A stretch of DNA of 20,000 nt from Pachysolen tannophilus NRRL Y-2460 (lineage: Eukaryota): the NCBI GenBank assembly GCA_001661245.1, contig KV454016.1, forward strand, positions 842,973-862,972, written 5' to 3'. Made by a program: the position numbers and the translations under genes. How positions within the stretch are numbered: the first letter of the stretch is position 1; each line of letters starts with the position of its first letter. The notes under the pieces were generated by a model. That model saw only the letters and a program-made list of their open reading frames with translations. It made no database searches and was not told the DNA's origin. Shown here in pieces: positions 9,220 to 19,402 of the stretch.

Positions 9220-11787
9220 TCAGACATAATAATTATTAGGAGCATTAACATTTGAAGTTTGCTGCTGCAAAGGGTTAAACAAATTTAAAGATTGGTTAAA
9301 ATTGCTATTATTGTTGTTAGCACCAAAATTCATGTTTGGTTTACTGAAACTTGAACTATCAATATAACCATTACCAGAAGGCATCTTACGTTGGCTTGTA
9401 TGTTGCTGTTGTTGCTGCTGCTGCGATTGATAACCATCTCCATTAATTAAAATGTTGTTCAAATTATTGTTACTGTTTAAAATAGTAGATATCTTTGATT
9501 GAATTCTTCTACCAAATGGAGTCGTTTTGATAACTGGAATCAAAGGTTTAATAGACTGAATTAACTTTAATTTGTAGTCATCATTGGAGATATCCAAAGA
9601 AGTTTGAATAACATAGTTACCAAATTGATCTTTGATTAAAGTCTGTAAATTATTTGGTTTCAAAATCTCATCCAAAATCAAACATCTTGCATGATCATTT
9701 GGGGAATTCTTTAAACATTTCTCAACAACATTCGAAGAAAATTTTTGAATTGATAAAATCGTAATTGATGGTAAAATCTTGATAATCAAGTTTTCATTGA
9801 TGGTCAAATTGTTCATCGATAATAAGTATTGAACTACATAATTACCAAACTGATCTTGCATTAAGGTAATTGATTTATTGATGATTTCGTCACCTAATTG
9901 GACCAACTGGTTCTCGTTACAATTATTGAGACATTTTTGTAAAACACAACAACCATGCTTATGCGTGGAGATTTTAACAATATTAGAACATATTGAACCA
10001 ATAATAAATTGGAAATCATTATTTGCAAATTTATTGATACATTTTTGAATAACATGGTTACCATTTAAATCTTGGATTAATTCAACAACGTAATTTTTCA
10101 ACGAATCTCTAATTATTGAAATTTGATAATCGGTTGAAATACAATCAATCATTTTCTGTAATGCCCTAGTACCATGCTGATTTAAAGCAATCGAATACAA
10201 ATTTTTCGAAGCATTTTTAATCAACATATCTTTTTCCATATTGGAACAATAATCCAAGATTTTTTGGATAAGATAATTACCAAAAGGATCAATCATAAGT
10301 TCAAAAGAATGCAAATAAATTTCACTAAAGATGACTTTAAAATTTTCCTTATTGTCTTCATCAATCTTTTTTTGTAAAAAACGACAACCATATTGATCTT
10401 TAGATAAATTCAAGATTTCTTCCCTCAAAGATTCAAATGGAACTGAATTTAACCTGAAAATCAAATCTCTTTCAATATTTTTCTTACTTGGAGTCGTTGC
10501 AGTAGCAGTGTTTTGATCAATGTTACTTAAAACTGAATTTGATCTATAAGGTAATGGTTCAGTTGATCTTCTTCCAGTACCATTAGCACTAATCATGAAT
10601 GGGGTACCAATTCCTCCCTGTTGAGCAAGAATGTAACTGCTATTTGGAGCAGGTTGATGATGTTGTTGATGTTGTGACTGTGACTGAGACTGAGACTGTG
10701 CAGGGGTCAGAGGAGGGGCCTGTTGCAGCTGTTGCAGATTTTGTTTTTGTTGCAAATGTTGATGCAGAGCATGCTGAGGTTGTTGTTGTTGCTGGATAGG
10801 AAGTTGATAGTTTAAATTCATCGATGCAAATTTATAATCCAAATCAATATTAGATTGTAAATCGTTCATGTTCATATTATTATTTGGAGTAGCAGTTGCA
10901 GCACCAGTTGCAAAATTAATACCAGGTTGTAATTGGGGCATTGACATAACTCTTTTTTGCTGCATAAACGATGGAGGTGGTTGTGGGATAGCTTGACCAT
11001 CGTTAGAATTCATAAACAAATCAAATTTTGAAACCGATCCAGATCCGGAATTATGATTATGGGTATTATGAGGATGAGAATTATAACTATAATTATTCTC
11101 ATTTGTGGTGAAAATATTCATATTTTGTTGAAGTGCAGCTGCAGCCGCGGAACTGTTATATAATGGTGGTGATCCATTATTGCTTCCGCCATTAGTATTA
11201 ACATTTCCATAAGTATACCCATTTGCAATTCCGGTCGTATTTCCGGTAATAGTGGTGTTACTTGGAGCATTATTACCAAATGGGGAGATATTGCTAAAAG
11301 AACCAAATCCACCATTATTCATATTGCCATTACCGCCGCCATTAGCGTTAGCGCTAGCGCTAGCACCAGCACATGTATTTGCAATGGCATTGTTCAAGCT
11401 ATTGTTACTCGAAACTAACAAATTATTACTTGAATTTGAATGTGAATGTGAATTGGAATTGGAATTGGAATTAGAAATGGAAATAGCGGTTGGTTGTACA
11501 TTCCATGGTGAACTATACTTATGATTACCCGTGGCGTTACCATTGCCTGCAATATGGCTAACACTGGACAAATCCGGTGGAGTTAACGGCTCGACCATAT
11601 TTGAAGATTGAAACGACTGGATCGAATTGACCGACAAGTTAGGCTGATGATGTGAGGTATTTGGGTTTGTTAACAATGCATCATATTCGTACTATCATAT
11701 TAATTTCAATGAGTAAGTGAATCGGTTAGTATGGGGGTGGTTCTTCATTCCAACGGCGCTTGTTCAAATCAGATCATAACTTACCAT
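9220..11787 (-). CDS. MPT5: Pumilio/PUF RNA-binding protein, Puf5 (Mpt5) type; exon 1 = ATG (11787-11785), exon 2 11691-9220; 824 aa
   Basis: Eight PUM repeats (DQYGCRFLQK, DPFGNYLIQK, NQHGTRALQK, DLNGNHVIQK, THKHGCCVLQK, DQFGNYVVQY, QKFSSNVVEK, DQFGNYVIQT). ISTHKHGCCVLQK and KFSSNVVEK favour Puf5 over Puf4. N/Q-rich N-terminal half. Confidence 0.88.
11692..11784 (-). other. spliceosomal intron (93 nt) directly after the MPT5 ATG
   Basis: ATG|GTAAGT, TACTAAC at 11731-11725, TAG|TAC at 11692. Supplies the start codon the long ORF lacks (MYEYDALLTNP...). Confidence 0.92.
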
Positions 11788-12081
11788 ATTGGCCTATCTT
11801 ATAAAAGAACTAAAGAGGAAAATATGAGTGACTATGGTAATAGTACTAAATATAATAAAACAAGTAATGATACAAAAGAAACCAAACAAAAGAAGAAGAA
11901 AAAAAAAAGGTAAAGTGAATTGCTCAAACGCTGATGGAAAACAAAAAGGAAAAAAAAAAAAAAAGAATAAAATTAAAAGTGTTTCTCTATAATGATTATG
12001 ATAATGGTAATTGAAATGGAAATGGAAATGACAAGTCTCTAAAAGTTATTGTTATTATTAGCGGTTAATTAATAAGGGGTA

Positions 12082-12220
12082 GTATATATATAGTTTATAT
12101 ATATATATATATGAGAAATATATATATATATATGCCTATAATATGTGGTATATATCACTACTGCTTTTTTTTTTTTGTGTGTGAGTGTGTGTATGTGTAT
12201 ATGTGTTTATGTGTGTGTGT
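12082..12220. repeat. interrupted (TA)n and (TG)n microsatellites
   Basis: TA runs at about 12082-12133 and an imperfect TG run at about 12176-12220. Confidence 0.85.
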
Positions 12221-12642
12221 CTGCTGTCAATATAAAGAGAAGAAAGAAGTTAAAGAAATAATATAAAGTAAATCAAGTGGAATGCAAATGATCTTTATAT
12301 ATATATATAAATAGAAGAATTAATCTAGAATCTATGATTTCTTAAAAAAGTTTACTTGGAGACAATTTGGCTTGATTTGAGGAATATTAAAAGAAGAAAA
12401 AAAAAAAAAAAAAAAAAAAAAAGATTAATCATATTACCTTATTATTTACCATTGGTAAAACCTTTTGAATAGCGCAGTACAAGAATGTTTTAGAAATTTT
12501 TAGTTTACTCAGTGTTTTCTTTTTTTTTTTTTAATTTAACTTTTACGTACAAGTATATTTATTATTATTATTATTATTGATTTTAAAGGTTTTCGTTTTT
12601 TTTTCTGTTTTACCCTTACGTAAATTTATACGAAAGGGCAAA

Positions 12643-12681
12643 TACAGTTACAGATTGTACAGATGGTACAGATGGTACAGA
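12643..12681. repeat. tandem TACAG-core repeat (GTACAGATG-type 9-mer), five cores
   Basis: tacagt tacagattg tacagatgg tacagatgg tacaga. Confidence 0.8.
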
Positions 12682-13472
12682 CAAAAGAAATTGGCAGAGT
12701 AGTTAGTTAGTTTATTAATTAGTTAGTTAAGTTAGTTGTAAAAAAAAATATTATTATTATTTTATTCCAACGTGCTTCAAGATAAGATCCTGGAGATGGG
12801 TGACATACGAATGAAAAGGACAGACAGATTTGATTAATTATTTGGTATTATCAGTTTTTAAGTCTTAAGAGAGATAGACTGATTTTTTTTTTTCTTTCTT
12901 TCTTTTTTGTCACTTTACTAGCTTGGTATTATAATTTGAAAACATGTATGTCCTAAAATGACAGAAAAAGATAAAAACCTCTCTTAAAAATAATACAATA
13001 GAAGTTAGTTAGTACTGTGCGATTTTCTTTCGAGCCCATAAAAAAAAAAATTTTTTTTGTTTTTTTTTTTGGTTTGGAGATTTTGATCTGTCCCGCACTA
13101 CCATCATATATATTGAATTTCTGCTTTTTTTTTTTTTTATTTTCGCTCACGGTCCCATAAAACCGTACATATAGCAAATCTCTCTCTGTACATAATTTTT
13201 TTCTTTGTAAAAACTGTTGTAGTACGATTAGATCCCTGGTTTAAAGTAAGCAAAATAAAAAATAAAAAAAATAGGTTGGATCATATATAATACAATACCG
13301 GTTGTATCAGTTTGTTTGTTTTTTTTGTTTTCAATCTGTTTTTTATCTGTTTTGCAACACTTGTTAATAGCCTCTCCATGACTTGAATAAAATCAATAGA
13401 TAGCTTAAAGTAAATCATTTAATCCCGAAAAAAAAATGTATGCTGCTTAGGCTGCATATAAGTAAAGCTACA

Positions 13473-13545
13473 CATGTCCAACTCCATGTCCATGTTGTAT
13501 GTCCATCATGTCCATGTCGTGTCTTATGTCTTATGTTTAATGTCA
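13473..13545. repeat. degenerate ATGTC minisatellite
   Basis: Nine ATGT words in about 70 nt, seven of them ATGTC. Confidence 0.7.
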
Positions 13546-14538
13546 GTTTTGAATCAAGTAAGATCCAATTTAATTAAGTCATATCCTGTGATTTCCTGTC
13601 TTTATTATTTCTCGCTCATCTTCTGTTTGGTCTTTTTTTTTTTTTTTTTTTTGTCTTTTTTACAATCATGAAACTTTTCTTAAGAGGATAAGGTAATTTA
13701 ACTAAACTGAGAAAAATTGCTACTAATTAAGGTATGGGAGTTTCCTTTACTTATTTCTGGAAATCTCAATTGTAACATCCAATTAATTTGTCTAGACTAA
13801 ATTCGATCATCATGTAGGATGTAGTGGCAATTAAAGTAAAAAAAAAAGGACACAGCGAGAAAAATTAAGAAAAAAGGTTTTTTTTTTTCTTTCTTTTTTT
13901 CTTTTTGCTCAACTAAATTAATAATACAAGGGTTTTAAATTAGATGAATTTTAATGTAGTATAGATAAATAGGCGACTAAAAAATAAATAAAAAAAAAAA
14001 AATTAATAACATATTATTATATAGTATCCCGTTAAGACTCCCGCTTTTATCAAAATACTTTTTTTTTTCAAAACCTCGTTCGTTGTAAAATCAAAAGAAA
14101 TTAAAGTGGGAAGATTGAGAAATAAAACAAAATAAAATAAAAAAAAAAGTACCGTTTATTCGTTCTTAAGCATGATTGCAAACCAATTCTTATTTTTACT
14201 TTGTACTCCACCTCCAGTTCCAGTTAAGGCAGTTTCGGATCCTAGATTATTAGGGTCAGACAATTTGACGTTTTTCACCAAAAAGTAAAAAGAAAAAGAA
14301 AAAAAAAAAAAAAGAAAAAGGCTGTATACGTACGTATTGTACGGAACAAATGTACCGTACTGTAAGTACCTCTCTACCTAAGAACTTTATGGAAAAAAAA
14401 GAAAGAAAGCATGGTTTCAATTCCTATTCGCCCGTATTCCCGTCCCGTGGGACAGTTTTTGTGTTTTTTGAGGCTTCCTTTTAAAGGTAAAGGCCGAAGC
14501 AATTTTTTTAACCGCTGGTGGCGGATTCGAGAAACTTA

Positions 14539-14568
14539 AGGGGGGAGTGGAGGGGGGACGAGGGGGGG
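14539..14568 (+). promoter_or_regulatory. G-tract cluster with three AGGGG (STRE-like) cores
   Basis: AGGGGGGAGTGGAGGGGGGACGAGGGGGGG: runs of G6, G6 and G7 in otherwise very AT-rich DNA. Confidence 0.45.
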
Positions 14569-14597
14569 CAACAATAGGTAGGTTTTTGATTCTGTTG

Positions 14598-14693
14598 CTA
14601 CTACTACTATTACTATTACTATTACTACTATTGATATTTGAGGGCACATATATAATAATAAATCTTAATCCTAATACCTGATACCTGATACCT
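14598..14693. repeat. (CTA/TTA)n trinucleotide repeat and (ATACCTG) x about 3
   Basis: Visible directly in the sequence. Confidence 0.75.
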
Positions 14694-15554
14694 TTGATAA
14701 TAGGAGTTTTCAAAACACCTTTCAAATTGACACATAAAAAAGACGCAAAAAATCAATTTTTTTTTTTTTTTTCTTTTTTGTGGGTGGGACTTTAGGTTTT
14801 GCTTGATTCAAGTTAATACCAAAATCAATTAAGCCTTTTTCATATAGTTTCCAAATATGAAAATTTCCTTTAGTTTATTTGATACGCCACTTCATTTAGG
14901 ATGTTTTTAATCTTTTCTTTCTTTTTTACAAAAATGAAATTGGCAGTATCAAAATTAATTAATTGATAATCGCCAATTATAAATAAAAATAAGAAAACCT
15001 TTTAAAAGGAAAGATTCTAAGTTGCATGTTTTTGGTTTCAATATTGGTCCTACTGATAACCATAACATCAATTTTATCTGCTAACTATTTAGTTGAAAAA
15101 TCTCCTAAGAAATTTTTTTTTATTTTATTTTATTTTATTGTTCTTAAAAAGTAATAAAAATGCAAAAAAAAAAATAGATTAATTGATTTCTAATGGGAGA
15201 ATAGTAAAAGTAAGAGATTATTTACAGACTAAATGAGAACTAAGCTTACTCGGTTATGGAAATTATATCTAAATAGTAGGGGATATAAATTTTTTAAACC
15301 AAAATTGTAAAACCACTACAGGTAAAAAGAAATTCTACAACACGATATACGTTTAAAATTATTTATTCTAATTTAATTATCTATCACCAACGGCGGCTAT
15401 GAACTTGCAATATGATAAATCATTTAGTTGCTTTTATAATGAACAAAACAATGAAAAAAAATTTTTTTTGCTTTTCTTTTCTTTTCTTTAGTAATAATTT
15501 AGTTCGCACAAAAGTAATAACTAAGGATAAACTAACGATTATAAACAAAGTCTT

Positions 15555-17021
15555 TCATATTCGAACACCAAAAATCTTTAAAATCCCATTATTCACAACT
15601 AATAACAATTTCCCCTCTGTAACATCCGTAGCATCATTATTATTAACACTAAAATCAATCCAACAAAAACATTTGATTGAATCAAAAGTTTCATTTGTTA
15701 ATTCCCCTATATTGTTTAATGGTAAGGGCTTATCAATATCAAAAATTTTAAACTTATTGTGAACTGAATCAACTATTATGAAATGTCTTTGATTATTGAT
15801 TAGTTCAAAATTTTTAGAAATATGGGATAAATTAAAATAATTTTCGTAATTCACTAGACATTCAGTTTCCAATAAATGATTATTATCTTTAAAAGATTCT
15901 CCATATAACGATTTAAGATAATTTATATCAAACAATTTCAATTTATTCCCAGTACCACTGATTAATATTCGATCACTATCCTTTATCCATTGTAAATGAG
16001 AAATTGTAGCACCAAATTTGATAATACAAGTTTTTTTAACTTCAACTTTCCCATTGGTTCCAGAGGTAACATCCAATAAATAACACCGACCATTTCTTGT
16101 TCCACATGCAACTATATCATTTCCATCTTGTACATCTAATGCTAAGATATCACTCTCAAAACAAATCTTGGTAAATTTTGCAAATTCTTCTTGTGCTTTC
16201 ATTTCACTTTTTCCTCGTACTCCTTGAAGATTTGTAATATATAATTCTTTACGATTCAGTACCATGCTATATACAAAAATATTATTATTAGCTGCTATGC
16301 ATTCAACTTGATATGGAACTTTGAAATCATAAACTTTATTACAAATATTATAGTACACTTCATCACGTTTAAAAAAATCAAATTTATTCATTTCTTGGAA
16401 AATAATCTTATTTTTGAAAAATCCACCATTATAAGTTGTTATAGTTTGATTTCTTATATTTATAGGAACAAATTTTGAAATTGATCCTCCTGCATTTTGG
16501 AAAAAAACATTTCCATTATGAAAAAATCTCGGCTCTGTCTCTGTTAGCAATAAATCACTAATATTAATTCTATAAGTTGACCTCTCTGTTCCATAATATA
16601 ATTTACATGTTTCTCTTTGATAAAAAATATTTGTAATTGGAGCCGCAGCATAATTGAATTGCCAAAGAAATTTTAAATTATTGAATAATAAATTGTTGTA
16701 AAAATTATCTACCAACAAATTAAACAGAGTATTATGATTTGTTAAGAGAAATTCAGGTGATGTGAAAAATCTAATATCATTTTGTTGCCCATAAAAACTT
16801 AGATTGCTTAGTTGAACAACTTGTTTTTCTTCTTGGATTGCTTTTTCCTCTAATTTTTTAAAATCTTCTTCTCTTTGATGTTTTTTAATAGCTGAATTTG
16901 TAAAATTGTTTATTGACCTTTTATTCCTACTTTTCTTTTCCACATTAGAATTAGATTGAGAAATAGCTGAAGAACTTGAAACACCTGAAGTTGCTATTTT
17001 GAAATAACGGTTTCTATCATG

Positions 17022-17062
<41 letters not shown>

Positions 17063-17191
17063 TTCTGTTAGAAATTACCTCTTCATAGAAACGACAAAAA
17101 AAAAAAAAAAAAAAAAAAATCAAAAAATATTAGATTAACAAAAAATATACCTACCAAAATAATAACCTGGAATGACCGGCCTCTTATCCAT
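15555..17191 (-). CDS. WD40 protein, DCAF4/Wdr21-like; exon 1 17191-17155, exon 2 17023-15555; 501 aa
   Basis: Splicing creates MDKRPVIPGYYFDHDRNRYFKI, resembling the N-terminal PG(F/Y)YYDxxxxRYF motif of DCAF4/Wdr21. WD-like blades: SDILALDV..VACGTRNGRCYLLDV, ISHLQWI..ILISGTGNKLKLFDI. The track N-terminus (FFFFFF, YIYIYI) is intron sequence. Confidence 0.75.
17024..17154 (-). other. spliceosomal intron (131 nt) with GTAGGT donor, U24 tract and (AT)17 before the acceptor
   Basis: GTAGGT at 17154, TTCTAAC at 17073-17067, TAG at 17026-17024. Splicing joins G+AC, giving the Asp of the conserved motif. Confidence 0.8.
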
Positions 17192-17285
17192 TTTTCATTA
17201 TCATAGATCTATTATTATTAATTATTATAGTTTTCTAATCCACTAAACGATCATTTTAAGTTATATATATTTACGGCTTCTCCCT

Positions 17286-17313
17286 ATATTTTCTACCTCA
17301 TATTTTCTACCTC
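17286..17313. repeat. 14-bp tandem duplication ATATTTTCTACCTC x2
   Basis: Exact direct repeat about 100 nt upstream of the WD40 ATG. Confidence 0.8.
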
Positions 17314-17738
17314 ATTTCCTCAGTTGACCTTTAGTAATATATATACTACCTGTGTTTCCAAAATCCGGCTCGGTCTTTTTTTTTTCTTATTTAAATTACG
17401 AGGTTACGGAAATACAAACCGACTTTTCTTATCTAGCCGCATCTCTATGCATAACATGAAGAATATGTTTTTATGTGATCATCTCTGTGCGGCTCAGGTG
17501 TATTAAAAAAAAAATAAAAAGATGGAGTGAATATTATTATTTAAATAAATCTAAATATTTATATATTAACGTCGCATAAAATACAAGAAACCCAATTGTT
17601 TTTTGTAAAACATATATATTTTATAAACTTTCCATACGCATCTCAACAAAAGAAAAACAAAAAAACCTCAAATCCTAAAAACATAAAAACATCATCTATT
17701 CTTAAAAGAATTTCAATATATACATATATATATATATT

Positions 17739-17770
<32 letters not shown>

Positions 17771-17771
<1 letters not shown>

Positions 17772-19402
17772 CACCTAGAGTAAGGATGCAACCTGTTTTG
17801 ATTTCTACTTCCCGATCTTAAAGGCCCTGAGACAGATGATGATGGCAAAAAAGACAGTGACAGATCAGCATTGTTGTTTGACTCAGTTCTATGACTAAAT
17901 TCGGCAACTATCGGTGAATTCGTATGAGACAACGAACTGGCATCAACAAAGACCTGTTCCGCTTCGTCATCGTCCTGGAGATTAGCATCTGTATTTATGT
18001 TTCCTGATAATGACAGTGTCTCTTCGATATTGTTGTTTGATTCTTCGTTAGTTGATGTTGAATTGGTAGATGCGCTGTTTGTGCTATTCGTAGTATTTGT
18101 ACTATTTTCAGCTGTCACGCTGTTTGCACTGTTTGCACTAATTGCACTGTTTGTAGTGTTTGTAGTGTTTGTACTGTATGCACTGTTTGCGTTGTTTCCA
18201 CTGTTTGCGTTATTTGCACTATTTGCACTATTATTATTATTATTATTTTCTTGTGAATTTGTATCTCTCGTTATTCTAGTTGTTGGAATTGGTGGACCTC
18301 TTCTTATACCTGGGAAAGGATGACCATCAGCAGGTATTGGTATCGAAATCCGAGGGTCGTTAAATCTATAATCTGCACCATCTATCCATTCAGCAGGAAT
18401 AAATCCTTCTGTAAGTGGCGAGCTATATATGATTAAATCTTCAGTAAAAGTATTTCCATTGTTTCTGGTGGTATTGTCATTCCTATTGTCATTGTCATTT
18501 TCATTGTCATTGGTACTGTTATTGTTATTGGTATTGGTATTTGATTCATCATTCCCATTATCTTCGATTTCTGCTCTACAAAGTGGACAAGTAGTATTTG
18601 TCTTTAACCATTCTAAAATACATGACTTACCAAAAACATGTTGACATGATGGCATCCTAATCAGTGTATGCCTTTCTTCATTAGTTACGTTATTTTCTAA
18701 ACTTTTCAGTTCCAACATTGGATTATAACCAATAGTACCAGTTCTTGCAGTATTTTCCACAGGCATATATAAACCTGGATCAGTATCATCATAACCGTTT
18801 AACATATTTTCTCTTCTAGTTTCTTCTTCTTGAGATTTAATTTTTCTTTTTTCTTCTTCTGAAAGTTTATTATTAACATATTCTTCAAAGCATATACTAC
18901 ATACTTTATCCTGTAAAGTATCAATATCAACATCTTCTAATTTTTTAATAACATCCAGTGCACCTTTCCTCTTTTTGGTAGAAGATAATACAGTTTCAAA
19001 AACTTGACTTAAGAATACTGCAAAATTAAAATTTCCCGCCACATTAGTACCATTAGTAGTAGAATTAGTATTGGTATTACTATCAGTAGTCGGACGACTC
19101 AGTGAATCCGTCCCATCACGATCATTGTCAATATCATTATTATCATTATCATTGTTATTATTATTATTATTGTTGTTGTTGTTGTTTCTATTCAAATCAG
19201 ATCTCCTAATAACTGAAGTATTTATAACCCTACCGGTAGTTCCATCCACTGAAATTGAAACAACAGAACCTGTCTGTGGTATTCCTCCAAAAAAATTAAA
19301 TGGATTTGATGGATCAAACAGCGGTAAACCACCACTCACATTTGAATTGCTATTATTATTATTATTAATATTATTATTATTATTATCTTGTTGGCTTGAC
19401 AT
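17771..19402 (-). CDS. SAN1: San1-like RING E3 ubiquitin ligase (nuclear protein quality control), 543 aa
   Basis: Split RING: CSIC, a long insertion, then MPSCQHVFGKSCILEW..TTCPLCR with Gly at a metal-ligand position as in San1. Disordered N/T/S-rich flanks; basic KKRK patch. Confidence 0.8.
18071..18247 (-). repeat. coding 9-bp minisatellite (NSA/NTT tripeptides) and poly-Asn in SAN1
   Basis: GCACTGTTT-type units on the + strand; protein NNNNNNSANSANNANSGNNANSAYSTNTTNTTNSAISANSANS. Confidence 0.85.

Noticed and set aside
10599..11913. ORFs 10599-10799, 11118-11315, 11252-11524, 11731-11913
   Set aside because: Shadows of low-complexity MPT5 sequence, its intron and its leader.
12953..15762. 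ORFs 12953-13177, 13474-13671, 14417-14725, 15412-15762
   Set aside because: Composed of homopolymer, microsatellite or G-tract translations, or antisense to the WD40 3' end.
17744..17771. A27 right after the SAN1 stop as evidence of a retrocopy
   Set aside because: Runs of 20 or more A/T occur throughout the window, no target-site duplication is visible, and a retrocopy would normally include a 3'UTR.
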